Shown here: in pieces, positions 33,953 through 46,513 of the stretch
How positions within the stretch are numbered: the stretch's first letter is position 1
Layout: every line of letters starts with the position of its first letter
NCBI GenBank assembly: GCA_008632985.1
Contig: QPGO01000009.1
Span: forward strand, 682,001-746,000
DNA: 64,000 nt
From: Psammoneis japonica
Taxonomy: Eukaryota
Direction of reading: 5' to 3'
Position numbers and translations under genes: made by a program
Notes under the pieces: generated by a model
Told to the model about the DNA's origin: nothing
Seen by the model: the letters and a program-made list of their open reading frames with translations, nothing else
The model's database searches: none

Positions 33953-36788
33953 CTTCATCCGGCAAGTGACAATTGTCCATGAGGAAACACCGTGTCATTT
34001 TTTGGGTTGTGCAATGCAGTGCTGTTTCCACATGTTTTTTGTTCACGCGCCATTTCGTGCCACCTTTCGTGCTGCCACAAAAACCTGCTGTGGACGGCCC
34101 CATTGAACCACTTCTTTTGGCCCAACCACAGCATCAAATGCCAATTTGATTCAATGGCATGACAGTGCAGATGCTCCAGTGCCGACTCCAAGTGCACGCT
34201 CCTGTCAATTCTCTGCCAGAGATGGCACCTTCACTCCAAAAGAACAGAGATGCTCCAGGGGTGCTTTGGCACCGAACAGCTCCCGACTCTGTTCTGGCTC
34301 TGCCCTGAGACACACTTCAGCATCCTCACATGATTGGCCCACATTGTTTGCCAACATTGAAAACTCATTCTCACTCAAAAAATCTGCTGGATTGCACCCA
34401 TCCCCAATGGCGTCTGGCTTTTGGGTGCCGCAGATTCTGTTCGCTCCTTCCCCGGATCAAGGTGCTCAGTCACCTCCACTCCCACGGGATTCTGCATCTC
34501 TTCTGAGTCAGAAACACACTAAAAAAACTTCCAAATTCCACAGTGAAGTGATTGTGAATCCTTTGTGAAAAATCATCCCTCCCACCACACTCAAAAAAAC
34601 AGTGTTCGCCACTTGACTGTGGTGCACAAACGACCGGGCAATGCCTCCCTCTGGACAGCAATCACAAACACAACAAATGGATGCCCACAGTTGCTTCCCT
34701 TGCAAACGTCAACCACTGTTTTCAAGCCCTTGGTCTTCAGTGACCATCTTGGCCATTGCTGGAAAGAGCATGCATCCTCAATGTTGGCCAGTGGGAAAGC
34801 TCCCAACCATGCTGAGTGAATTCATGATCAACGCAGGCCAAGAGAACTGAGTCAATGTGTGGCATTGCATTGTCACACCGGAGCTGAAGATGCACTTGTT
34901 TCCCAACATTGTTCTCCACCCTCTGAGACAGTGCTTCCATCTTTGTTAACAGAACATTGCAGAAGTGATGCAACAGCTCAAACTTTAGATTTTGTTGCAT
35001 CCCTGAGTTTGATCCAGCAACTCTTGGATGACAGAATGATCCATCAACTCTGTGCACATGGCAATGCAAGCAATTCTTTGTTTTCAGCTTTCCACTGGCA
35101 CAAGCACAATTGACCTTGTGCGTGTGGCCCCCTTTCTGAAAATCATTTTTGGCAGGCACAAATGCTGTGGTTGCAAGTGCCAAGACCTCACCAACATGAT
35201 GTTTGTGGTGCACTGCATGTGGCTCCGGAATGCATCCAAGGAAGAGAACAGTTTTGTTGTGTTGGCAAACCACCAATGAGTGTGACCACTTTTTGTTCAT
35301 GTGCAAAACAAGAACTTGAGTTGTCAAAGCTGTCATCTTGGTCCCATGCCAAAAGACATGCCGCACAATTGACCAGCACTGCTTTTGTGTGTTGTCGAGT
35401 GCAAGCAGCAGTGAGCACAGGGAGGGCCCAAGTGCTGGCGCATGATGATTCTGGTGGGGACTTTGCAAAACACATCAACATGACATGTGCTGCAGGTTTC
35501 ACATTTGTGTTTCTGCCAACAACCTGACAAAGCAAGCTTTCTCTGTGTTGTTCTTCATCTGTTTGTCTTCCTCAAAATTTTTCCTGCCTTGCCTGTCAAA
35601 ACAACCCAGTTTGCCATTTCAACATTTCAGCTCCTTGGACAAATGGCAGATGGCTCTCTGCAGCAAGTGACTCAAAGGGTTGTTTCAACTCAATGTCATC
35701 ATCAAACCATTCCCCATGATTGTTGTTGGCTCTTTGGCACCACTTGAGAAGTGCTCACATGGTGTGTGGACCTGACCCTGCTTGTTGTCCAAGTTCAATG
35801 CTGTCACACCAGTGCCACACCGCTTCTTCTTTGACATGTCATTGTTTTGCTTGAGAACCCATTTGTGCATCCTGGGTGCCAGTCATCTTTTTCATCACAC
35901 TCCAAGCAGGTGCATGATCAATGAGTGGATTTGCCCCCCTTTGTGGATTTCACTTGGTGTCAATGCATTTGCAACATTTTGGGTGTCACACAGCAGCCTT
36001 CTCACTGGTGACAGCAGCTGAGATTTTGGCTTTGGGTGCAGACAACTGGCAGCAGAAGCCACTGCCTGGTGAACCCACCCTTTCTCCTTCACTTCACCCT
36101 GTCTGGGGTGTTTCAACATGGCACTTCTTTCCAATCCCACTCATGACCCAATCTTCTTTTGCCTTTAGAAGCAGACCTGTGGTGCCTTTTGGTCTTTGTT
36201 GTGTTTCTGTTGTGCCCACAGTTTTGCTGCCAATGCTGTGGAATCAAGCTTGTTTGTTGTGTTCTGTCGTCAATGTCGTCAATGGCCGTTCAGCTTCAAA
36301 TTTGTCAATTGCTGATGAACACTTGTAAAGAGCCACCAATGCTGCAGGAGAGAGTCTCCTTGTGACAATGTCAAGACTGAGTCTGTTGTTGAATGCATGC
36401 AATGCATTTGCTTGACCATTGGCAGCATTGAAGCCCATGGCAAAGCCAACTCGACCTTTGCTGTCAGGTCATCCCGGCAGCACAGCATTGCGGCATGCCA
36501 CACTGCACCCCGCCAATGCACACCAGCTGAGTGGATGCTTGGATGTGGTGGAGAAAGAGGGTCCATGGTGCCGAGGCACATCATCACATCAAGCAGCAGT
36601 TGATGGCATGAGCAACACATCTGATTGTCACTGCAGCAGCTCCATGTGCTCTGATGGTGGTGGGCCATGGATGAACTTTTCCCTCCAAGAAAATTTCTTG
36701 CTGCACAGCAGAAGCATGACTGCACTGCATGGCCCAAAACAAACAACATGGCATTTTGTCATGGACAATTGTTGCTTGCCAGAGGAAG
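33953..36788 (-). mobile_element. Tc1/mariner-superfamily DNA transposon relic with Stowaway-like TIRs
   Basis: TIRs: cttcatccggcaagtgacaattgtccatga at 33953 versus the reverse complement of the right end cttcctctggcaagcaacaattgtccatga (to 36788). Decayed DDD motifs on the minus strand: HMNKKW (from H.DEKW), CDNAMPH, NIEDACSF. Flanks TG and CA are consistent with a mutated TA TSD. Confidence 0.8.
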
Positions 36789-38229
36789 CACCTGCTGGCA
36801 GCTGGAACAATCAACAAATGACAATGGGAGGTGCGCGTCACTGGACAAAGACGACTCCCATCAGATTCGACTCTCAGACTGACTGACATGCCAAAAGTCA
36901 TTTCGACAGAAAGCAAACGCTTCAAGCCAAGGCTGTGGCTGATTTGTTTGCAAGTCTCAAAGTCTCAGGTGCCACCCCAAAGAAAACACAAGCAAGCTCA
37001 GTGTGTGGATGGGGCAAGCAGTGCGGTCTGACCACAACCAACCCAGAAAACCACTGTGTGGTTGCCATGATTTTGGGTGTGGATCTGCACTTTGATGTTG
37101 ACGAGAGAAAAAGGTGTGGTTGCCATGAGCATTGCTGCAGACTCCAACTCTGACAGCAACAAAGGGAATCCTGGTGGGTTTCTTGACATTGATGTTGTTG
37201 CAAAGCAACGTGACACAATTTTTGGGGACTTGAGAAGTGGTGGCAGTGGCGCCTCAGTGCAGCAAAGTGCAGCAAAGCACCGAGCGCAGATGCAGTGCCA
37301 TGCTGCATCATGGTTGAGTTTGCTCATGCTCTTTTTCAGACAAGAGAGAATGAACATGTGAGGCATTCAATGCATTTGACATTCATTGTCATCAATTAAA
37401 ATGTGAGTGTGCAGATGAAGAGGAAATCCGGGCCACACCAATCATTTGGTTGGTGGGAAGCATGGTCCAAAGCACATGGACAAAACTGTGGATCCATGGT
37501 CTCGCCGACTGCACTGCGCTTTTTTGTGCTCCATTGGCTTGGTGCCTCAGTTGCATTGAAGGCATGTTTCAAAAACACATGGGTGCAGTTGATGCAGGCT
37601 TGCACAAATGTTCTGGTCATTCTGCAGGAGTCATCACCACCTGCACAGCTAAAACCCAGAAAGACATTGTCGTTTTGCCAGGTGTTGGATGTGCTTGCTA
37701 GATCCAGCTCAATGACCACTTCCACAAGATCATTTTGTGTTAGCATGATGCTGTAGCAACTGCGCGTTGTTGCCCTTGCCGGCCATCTGTGTTTCCAACA
37801 AGTGACCTCTGTGTCAATGTTGTTGCGTGCACGTTCAATGTTTGGCTTGCTGTTTGTAAGGCTCTCTAATGGATGCTGGAACATGGATTGATTGTGGAGT
37901 TCCACCACAGCGTTGCTTCTTTTGTCTTCTTTGAATGGTCCTTGCTTCACTTGCTGCTTTCTCAGTTGTTGCCATGGTGTCTTAAAACTGAGGACAAACT
38001 GGAGTGAAGTGGGTGTGCAACAATGGACATTTGAACAATCAACATCCTCTGCTCTTGCAGCCACTTCTGTGGTCCCAGCTAAGTCCTCTGCCAACTGCAG
38101 CCATGAGATCATGCTTTGATTGTCTTTCAATGCTGCCATTGCCATGTCCGCCATGGTTTGCCTTTTGTGCTGCCAGCCCTGAGCAAGTCAACCCCACCAG
38201 AAACAGCGTTCAGTCGCCACAAAAGCTTC

Positions 38230-39725
38230 CATTAAGAGTCACCTGGCAATTCACACTCTTCCAGATCAACCACAATCGGTTTTGTTCTTCTGAACTCATC
38301 ACGAAGCATCATGTGATTGCAAAAATTTGGTCCCCGGTCATCGCCATCCACATCCAAATGACGAAAGCCACACTTCTCTTCAAGCTCCCACAACACTTCA
38401 CCCTAATCTTCAAGACGAGCACATTGAGGCGGTGCCTCCACCATTTGCATGCCAAAATAGATCACACCAAAACCTTCGGCAATGAACTTTGGTTCCAGAA
38501 CAAGTCGACCCCATGCATCCTTCAAATGTTCACAAGCATTGATCTCTCGTTCAAACGCTTTCATGCCATTGTTCTTGCAAGTGTCAAAGAGTTTCAGCGC
38601 AACTGTTTCTCCCTTCCACGTCCCACTGAATGTTGTCCCATGACGGCCATGCCCAATTGGCTTGCCCACTTCAAAATGCCGAGAGTCACCGCAGAGACAA
38701 TTCCTGCAGCGTGAGACCGAGATTTTGATTTTCTTCCACCTGTCCTCCAAGATTTCCTTCAAGAACTGGAAGAGTTTCTTTTTTTAGAATTGCTCTGATT
38801 CAGTCGAGGATGGAGCTTCGCTTTCAATTTGTCCGGCGTGCCTTCAAGCCAGGTCCGAGCAAGAGCAGCCTTGTCAAGAGGTGGCTGAGTGTCATCACGT
38901 CCACTTGCGTAGAAGAAAGCCCATGCGCAGAGGCAGTTCTCTTGCCCGACAAACCATGCATCACTTGTGTGCACCTTCTCTCCCCCAGTTTCGGCATCCC
39001 GGTGCATGAGAACAAAACAAGTTCTCGCTCCACTTGTGAGAACACCATGTCGACAACTGTCAAGCACCATGTGTCTGAGAATTTGTGAGACGGGGTGACA
39101 AACATGAGACCACCCCAGGGGGCGTCGCTGTCTGTCAGTTCTGTCTTCCGACGTTTGATCAACAACCTCTCTTGCATGGTTGCATTGCGCGACCACTTCT
39201 TGCACTGTCATTGGCAGGGGCAAGTCATGTGTTGACTTGGATGCCCCCACAACTGTTGGTTGGGTTGCCTGCCATTCTGTTGAGAAGTCAGGGGCACCCT
39301 CGCGATTTCTCGAACCCCTGACTAAATTGCCGATTGGGCCCAACTGCTGGAGCGGTTGCAGTGCGAATCTTGCCAAATGATTCTCCTCATCCCTCTCGTC
39401 ATGGCACTCAATGTCATCCGCAAGACTTTGCTTCATCCCACTCACCATGTGACATCCCACTCTTCCATCTCCATTGGCACTGAAACTCGTCACTGGTTCT
39501 GCAAATCCGCGCCAGGTTTCGATCCTCAGTGGACAATGTCAATTGGCGTGACCCTCAGATGCCGGACTGTGGCACAATGCGAGTTCATCACTGGCAAGGA
39601 GACAGGGTGAGGCAACGCAAAGCGACAAAAACTCCTCGTGTGTCAGCTCTCGAAATGGAGAGACTTCATCAAGGCAACACAAGGCGATCTGTCTCTTTCT
39701 CTCTTGCCGTGCCGCACGTTCATTG
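38230..39725 (-). pseudogene. Crinkler-like nuclease-fold + protein-kinase gene relic
   Basis: HPVSQILRHM..RHGVLTS..RTCF followed by IGHGRHG..WKGETVALKLFD..FEREI.ACE.L..WG.LV, D.RGPNF and VVDLE; frameshifted, with Tyr replaced by His/Cys. Confidence 0.6.
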
Positions 39726-41073
39726 ACTTCATCATCAGCAAGAATGATTCTTTGCTCACTGTTTGTGCTGACTCCCAAATCTGATCGTTGTGACAGATCA
39801 AGATTCAGGACGATCCCACTGTTGCTGTTCTCCTGAAAATGGACATGGAAATCGGCAATGGCGCCCGCAAGCTCTGACTGTCCGAATCATCCATGTTTTG
39901 CGTCCTGATCACCACATGCCAGTGCGCGATCGATTGATGTTTTACTGAGCGAGATGTGAGAAGAAGCGAGGAATCATCGCTGTGGCGGCGCCGAGCGGGC
40001 GGTGAGGCTCACGATCACTCTCCAGCCATCATGACTGTCCTCAACCCGTGACTCAAGGGTGCATGAGGTGTGCCCAGGATTTTCAGTCACGAGTTAAGAC
40101 ATCAGAACCTGTTGATATGAAACTGGGACAAACACGTCTGAATGGCCTCTTTTCTTCTACAGCACCGGCAAAACACCCTGCAATTGTGAAATCTGAACTC
40201 TGGGAGCATTTTCACGGGTGACAGAGAGCAAAACAGACTGAAGAAGCAAGGGGTGGATGTGTCCTTCAGTCCCCGTTCTCAAGACAGTTTTCATTGTCGT
40301 TGTGCTTGTGACTTTCGTTCCCTTCATTGCTTCTCGTTTCTCTGTTTCCTCAGCCAGAGTGAAGGTGCGAGTGGCGCTGCAAGGGAAGATTCAAACTTTC
40401 AGTTGTCAAGGCAGAGGGCACTTGCACTCCCGCCCAACATCCAAGCTGCCTCTCTGGGGCCCTGCTCTCTAGCTGCTAGCTCTAGAGCAACAAACAAGTG
40501 ACAGTGGGAGGTCCATCACTGCTAGATGCCTCCTCAGTGGCAGGTGAAGACGACTCCTCCCACCGGATTCGACGACTCTCAGACTAACGAACAGACACCG
40601 GCGGCATAAATCCAAATGGAGAGTCATAGAAGAGTCATTTCGATAGAACAATCTTCATTGTCTTTCCCTAAGTTAGTCCGAAAATGTCACGGCACTGACA
40701 ATTGTCCTAAATGTCATTCCTCCGGGGTCTTTGTAGATGACTTAAAGACGGTGTCAAAAAAGTGTTTAAATCGGTCATCACCACAAAAACAATCGCATTC
40801 TCACTAATTGACAATACCGTTAGTGACCTCCCCTAAGTGATCGCCAAGACATTTCCATTGTAGATTTGTCCGATTACGATCACAATTTGAGGCACAAAAC
40901 ACTCCAAACGCAACCGGTTGTGCCAGCAGAGAACCGCAACAGAGCTCTCCGAACGCGTTGCAGTCATAATCCGGTTGGAGCAGAGCTTTAGCAGCATCCT
41001 TGCTGTTTGTTTGTTGCCATTTACTTCGTCCTTTGACAATATACAGAAAAGCTTCTCCTTCCGGTTTACCAGG

Positions 41074-41949
41074 ATGCAGTCGGCAACTCCTCGTCCCGGT
41101 GCAACTAGCAGCGGCGAGTCTCATTTCTTTGAGAACAAGTCCAATAGTCAGTTGCATTCCCCACACGACCTCCTCAGTCAGCTTGAAGGCATTGGGGATC
41201 AAGACTTGAAAAGCATTGAAGATGCCATGAAGGCAGAATACGGAGAAGACAACCGTCTCATTGATCAACAAGTGCCTCTATCAAGCTCTGAAGCCAAACT
41301 TCTTGACAGTGTTAGCAAGGACACAAGCAAGGCTTCCAGTTCGAACCTTCCAGAAGAAAATGACAAGATTGAGGAGGAGTTCATTCCCTCGTCCTTCTTC
41401 AACGACGAGGACGACGATGACGAATTCGATCTCTTTGACGGCCAACTTGACCGTCCATCAAAACTTCCTCGTCTAGTATCTCCTCTCAAATCGGACATCA
41501 AGATGTTGCACGACGAGCGACGGATGATAAGCCGCTCCGTCCTTGATAACGTGGTGGATTGGAATGACAGTTTGGGGTCACTGAGCGGCCTAGCAGACCT
41601 TGAAGAAAACTATGGCACTCCGTTACGTGATATGAAGGCCAAAATGAGACGGGTCAGCCTTGACCTGTTGAATCAGAGCTTGTTTCCCGACGAAGGAATG
41701 GTGCCAACGGAGTTTGAAACTAAAAGCGATGATACCAACGAGGGAGAATCGCCATCTAAGCAGGCAGTAACGGTTGATCAAGTTCTCTCCTTGTCAAGTG
41801 CGATCAACAAAAGTCAAGATAGTCAACGCTACATTCAAGATTGGGATCAGAAAATGGGGTTGAAGCGTTCTCACAGCAGAACCATGATCTTGTCTTCGAG
41901 ATCACGAAAGCGGGTGTTGGCCTTATTGAGCAAAACGGGGTCTCGCTAG
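41074..41949 (+). CDS. Hypothetical acidic protein with C-terminal SQ..IQ.WD.KMGLKRSHS.TM..S.RSRK motif
   Basis: Intact ORF of normal composition; likely ATG at 41074. Confidence 0.7.
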   Translation: MQSATPRPGATSSGESHFFENKSNSQLHSPHDLLSQLEGIGDQDLKSIEDAMKAEYGEDNRLIDQQVPLSSSEAKLLDSVSKDTSKASSSNLPEENDKIEEEFIPSSFFNDEDDDDEFDLFDGQLDRPSKLPRLVSPLKSDIKMLHDERRMISRSVLDNVVDWNDSLGSLSGLADLEENYGTPLRDMKAKMRRVSLDLLNQSLFPDEGMVPTEFETKSDDTNEGESPSKQAVTVDQVLSLSSAINKSQDSQRYIQDWDQKMGLKRSHSRTMILSSRSRKRVLALLSKTGSR

Positions 41950-42069
41950 AGACGTCATGTCACCAATGTAACGTTGGGGACCAGAACAACGGCAGTATCT
42001 AGCTACAGTAATAGAAAAACGACACGCACTTTTGCTGCTACTCTTTCTTCTAGAAGACTCCGCGCTCAG

Positions 42070-42720
42070 TTAGTTATTGATCGTGCTCAACGACTTGACG
42101 CTTGCCTCGACCCGTTTCCTCGTCCTTTCCGACGTTTCTTTCTTGTAGTCGTAAAAATCTCCACGGAATCGAGTCGCATGACCTTCGCCGACGACCCATA
42201 ACTCACGGCACGTGTTTGTGATGAAGAACTGGTCGTGACTGACCACCATGAGTCCACCGCGATAGTCTTTCACAGCCTCGACTAAAGCATCAATACTCTC
42301 CATGTCCAGGAGCTATATGACGAAGAGAAAGCAAACGAGGGTCGTCAGAGAAAACCCCAACAACGAGAAACGATCATACCTCGTAGTTTCCCGCACTCTT
42401 ATCATATCATCCACCCCCTGCTATCGTCTGTACTACTCACACTCCATTCTTTCCCACCAACCCATATCATCGTTTATACGCCAACTTGAGTTCCCCATGA
42501 TCCAACAGGGACGTTCCACTATCCAATGACAAGGACACATTACACACTTGAATGTCTCGTTCGTTCCTCCCGCTACTGTACCGTAATCCGGCAGGACCAT
42601 GTTGGACACGACGGAACTACCCGTATTCTCTTCTTCTTCTTGTTTTAATTTCTGCTGATACTCGTTTCGCGCCTTTTCCAATTCTTGTCGCTGTTTGGCC
42701 ATGGGCGTGGAGCTCAAGTA
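42070..42720 (-). pseudogene. ABC-F (GCN20/ABCF3-like) pseudogene with a large internal deletion
   Basis: NBD1 start (RDIQV.NVSLSLDSG.SLLD.GELKLAYKR*YGLVGKNGV, with a frameshift and a TGA) lies about 130 bp from the NBD2 end (LDMESIDAL..GGLMVVSHDQFFI..LWVV). Confidence 0.85.
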
Positions 42721-42724
42721 CAAA

Positions 42725-43533
42725 CTCCCGTCGATTTCATTCGAGAGCTATGATACATGAAACGGGACTTGACGACGCAACGTTCCAAGGAATCAAGCTC
42801 TATCCCCCATGCGGATACCATCCGGATGATCCTGCTCTCCAGGATATCTGGAAGTATGTTATTGATAACAAACTTCCCTTCATATCTCACTGCAGTAAAG
42901 GCGGGACCTACAACCGAAAGGGTGGGGTCTTTTTTCGGAATCCTGAATTGGGGGCGAAACGAAAGACTCTTCTCCAGTACACGCAGCCCAGTAGCTATGT
43001 CAACGTCCCTGCACGACCATCCCGACATGCGGCTCTGTCTCGCGCACTTTGGCGGGGACGAAGAAAGGAACAAGTATCTGAACAAGATTGATCGGCCGGA
43101 TGGCGCGGCGACGATCCATAGCAATCTTCTTGACCCGGATTATTTCCGAAGCGATGAGTTTGTCAACCAAAACTGGGTCCTCCGAATCGTGGAGATGTTA
43201 GTAAGCGGTCATTTTTCCAATCTCTATGTCGACACGTCGTACACGTTCTTCCAATCCGAATAGCATAACGGACTTCTACATTTGATGCAGAAATACGATA
43301 CTGTTCGTGATCGAGTACTGTTTGGATCCGACTACTACATGAGTGTGCAGGAAGACAACGAAACCGACTTTGTGAGTGAATTTCAATGCGCTCTTTGCCA
43401 GAATGACACAGATTATTTTCGACAGAATGCGATTACGAATCCGAGACGGTTCTTGGGATTTGGAAACAAGCAGTCTTTGGGAATCGAAGAGAAAGCGAAA
43501 TGGTCATTCAACGTGCCATTGGTCTCGGACTAG
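42725..43533 (+). pseudogene. Amidohydrolase_2 (TIM-barrel metallohydrolase) fragment, 5'-truncated
   Basis: FQGIKLYPPCGY, SHCS.GG, LCLAHFGG, NLYVDTSY and RVLFGSDYYM; frameshift near 43005 and in-frame TAG at 43261. Confidence 0.8.
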
Positions 43534-45045
43534 CTAGTAGGCGATCATAACCAGAAGCCATCCACGAAGATATATAACAAGTGAAACACAGAGTGCGTGT
43601 TGGTATTGACATCTAACAGGTAGAACTCTCTCGTATGATAGGATCAACAAACGATACCGTAACTTTCTTTCCAAAATACAGCCACTAAAAAACACATAAA
43701 CAGGCATTGCAACCAGGAACGTACAAGGGTTTCCCAGTGATACCCAACAAGTCGATACCAGTAGAAACATAACGGGTAAAATGGTGGTCGTCGTCTTACT
43801 GGCTCTGGACGTATCGCCATCAGCCGCACAGTCAAACTCGCAACCGAGAGGAACAAGCGCCGAAAAGAAACATTCCGTGTATTCCTCAAACTCGTCCTCA
43901 CACGAAAGACATTCGTCGTCACATTGGTTGATGAAGAAGCACATGCGGCTATTGGCATCGGTACAGTTGGTAGGAGCAGGCTCTGTGCTGACAATGGAGT
44001 CCACAGCGGAAGTGATGCAGGCATCACATGCCGATGCCTGGTTGATGGAGAGTTCGTTCCGAACACAGCCATCGGTGGCATTGTACCGATCCTGACATTG
44101 CGAAGGAATCGCAGGCACCGAACAGTCAAAGTCGCAATCTCCACTGTAGAGGGACTCCAGATAACACTCGCGATACGTTTTGACGTCATTGGCGCATGTC
44201 CCACAGGCGGCATCGCATTGACGGAACAGCGAGCAAGCATTCGTGTGGGCTTCCCAACAAGAAGCCGTATTAGGATCCGTATCGGTCAAAATTGCGTCCG
44301 TCGCATCGTTGTAGCAACTGAGACACTCGAGCACCTGCGGTGTGGAGAGACTGGATTCTGTACACGCATCGGCGACATTCAGCTCGTCTCGACACTCGGC
44401 GGGCACACACGAGTCGGCCGTGTAGTCGTCAATGGTCGAAAAGTAGAGGGCCTGTAAAAAGACAAACGGCCCTTCGACCGTGGATGCATCGCAATAGTTC
44501 ATGCTGCTCCCGTACCCTGCATTCGAACAGTCAATAAGAGGAACGTCATAGCCGAGCGACGGACATTCCACGAAGTCCGTCGAGGCGCATTTCTGAGCCC
44601 ACACGTAGTAGTCGTAGGTCGGCGGGTTTGCCGTGTAATCTTCGATACGGCAAACTCGCACTTGTCCGTATGCCTCGTCTTGGAGCAGATCACATGCGGC
44701 CAGGTTCGTGACAAACAAGTCGGAATTCAATTCGAAACTGGATGAAAAGATGGAGCATGTTTCGTCCCGACAGTAGGTACAATAATCCGTACACCGAACA
44801 GAATAGCCTCCCGTGCTGTCATTGGGCGTGCAGGTGCAGCTTGTCTGAAACTTTTCGGGAAATCCTTCAAAGTACCAATTCTCCAGGACGCTGTCGCATA
44901 CTTCTTCGGCAGTGGTGCCGTTGAAACCGAAATCCTCTTGCAAGCGACGAGCTGAGGCGAGGCCATGATGTACGGCGGCGCCATTTGGAACGGCAGCGGC
45001 GGCCAAGTGGAGGACGCCGAGAAGAAGGATAGGAGACTGATTCAT
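43534..45045 (-). CDS. Secreted or surface cysteine-rich protein with a duplicated Cys module and hydrophobic C-terminus
   Basis: Signal peptide MNQSPILLLGVLHLAAAA, RRLQE site, two P..C.D......C..CD..C..C......Y.EC..C.FDC modules. Confidence 0.8.
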   Translation of the reverse strand: MNQSPILLLGVLHLAAAAVPNGAAVHHGLASARRLQEDFGFNGTTAEEVCDSVLENWYFEGFPEKFQTSCTCTPNDSTGGYSVRCTDYCTYCRDETCSIFSSSFELNSDLFVTNLAACDLLQDEAYGQVRVCRIEDYTANPPTYDYYVWAQKCASTDFVECPSLGYDVPLIDCSNAGYGSSMNYCDASTVEGPFVFLQALYFSTIDDYTADSCVPAECRDELNVADACTESSLSTPQVLECLSCYNDATDAILTDTDPNTASCWEAHTNACSLFRQCDAACGTCANDVKTYRECYLESLYSGDCDFDCSVPAIPSQCQDRYNATDGCVRNELSINQASACDACITSAVDSIVSTEPAPTNCTDANSRMCFFINQCDDECLSCEDEFEEYTECFFSALVPLGCEFDCAADGDTSRASKTTTTILPVMFLLVSTCWVSLGNPCTFLVAMPVYVFFSGCILERKLRYRLLILSYERVLPVRCQYQHALCVSLVIYLRGWLLVMIAY

Positions 45046-45376
45046 CGCTTCTGGTGAGGCAGGCCATTTACAAACTGACAACCATTGCTGATGGTCATCA
45101 GAGAGGGATGATATGAATAAGAAACATTCTTCTTCGCTTTCCAAGATTGGAGTTTGGATTTGCGTCGCCAAAAATTGAAAATGGCAGCGGGCGTTAGTTA
45201 ATGAAGCCTCTATCTTCTTTACAGTACTACTTTACTTTGATTCGATTCAAGCGTCTGTCCGTCATCGCGTGGCGTTGTTTCGATGATGATGCGAAACAGG
45301 CGGATTCCTTGAACCTAAGCAACTGCTACTAGTAATGGATGCTAATCAGCTTTAGGTTGTCGCCTTCACTTCGTAC

Positions 45377-46513
45377 TCAAGATAAAAACTCCTTGGGGCA
45401 CGATTGATTTGCCCATGTTGCCCAGGAAAATGACGTTCTGTTGCTCCCATCAAGATCAATACCACAAGTATGATACGATGCAGACATTGTTTTGTCTTTT
45501 TCGATTGCATGCAGATTCGTAGCTCGGTTGACAATGTCCTGGTACACTGCAATATCGTTATGAATAATACAGCACAGCACCCTCGCACCTTGTCTCGAGA
45601 CTCCGGTTGTCAAGGTAAATTTCTCGCTCCCATGCGTCACTGTCCTTCGCAGAAACGACAGTCTGCCGCCCATCCACCGATCAAGTCGAATAATATCGTG
45701 TTCCAATTCCTCTAATCGAACGGCTAGCACTTCTATGTTGTTGCTTGCCTCCTTGTATATCGTCTGGTTGGCATAGAGCATGTAGTTAGCATACATGTGC
45801 ATTACTATTCTGGGTCTTTGCCCTCGTAGCGCGCGAAGGCCCATTTCCCGGCAATGCTCTGTTGTTACATTTTCAGTGTTTTCTACCACGTGATATATAT
45901 CACTGCCACTTACGGCCATAGTCAAATCTGTAATGGACGGGAAACAGTAATGATAGAACGCATAGATATCGCCTCCAGTCTTTGCCTGCCGTGCACCGTG
46001 GTGCTCGTTGTTGATGTAGTGATTGAAATTAAAAGATGACACGAGCCGAGAGATCGGCTCTCGAATAGAAAAGAGATAGCTCGTAAGAGTCGCGTCAACT
46101 TCCAATTCCCTCACAAAGATGTGATGACAAGACTGAATCGCTTTGGAGAGACCACCAAACGCAACACTTCTTGGATCCATCATTCCAAAGCTGCACTTTT
46201 TTCTTGGCAACTTTAAGCTGAGCATGATCGTCGTGCCGCCAGCTTTACCAACGTGAACAAAAGAAATGTTTCGAAATAGACTCGTATCAAAGGCATCGGG
46301 TGGTTCTGATGTTTCTCTGGAAACTGTTGCTCGCCTCTCGGAAAATGATTGCTTTGTAGTGCGTGCAAAGTCATCGGTATTTTGTTTCAGCAACACTTGC
46401 CTCTCAACGGCGAGCCGTACAAGAACCAGCACAAATACAGCCGCAACAAACGCCACTATAGGACTTCCGCAACGCTTTCGATGCATCTTTTCTACCGCTC
46501 GTATACCGCCCAT
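45377..46513 (-). CDS. Type II membrane sulfotransferase-family protein
   Basis: N-terminal TM segment; FVHVGKAGGTT (5'-PSB) and IREPISRLVSSF (3'-PB) motifs. Confidence 0.8.
   Translation of the reverse strand: MGGIRAVEKMHRKRCGSPIVAFVAAVFVLVLVRLAVERQVLLKQNTDDFARTTKQSFSERRATVSRETSEPPDAFDTSLFRNISFVHVGKAGGTTIMLSLKLPRKKCSFGMMDPRSVAFGGLSKAIQSCHHIFVRELEVDATLTSYLFSIREPISRLVSSFNFNHYINNEHHGARQAKTGGDIYAFYHYCFPSITDLTMAVSGSDIYHVVENTENVTTEHCREMGLRALRGQRPRIVMHMYANYMLYANQTIYKEASNNIEVLAVRLEELEHDIIRLDRWMGGRLSFLRRTVTHGSEKFTLTTGVSRQGARVLCCIIHNDIAVYQDIVNRATNLHAIEKDKTMSASYHTCGIDLDGSNRTSFSWATWANQSCPKEFLS

Larger units (their letters stand above)
33745..40500. repeat. Diverged direct repeats (about 33745-33952 and 40262-40500) bracketing about 6.3 kb of hypermutated sequence
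   Basis: Shared blocks ccccgttct..agacagttttcat...tgtgactttc..tcccttcattg and cactccc.cccaacatccaagctg. Confidence 0.7.
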
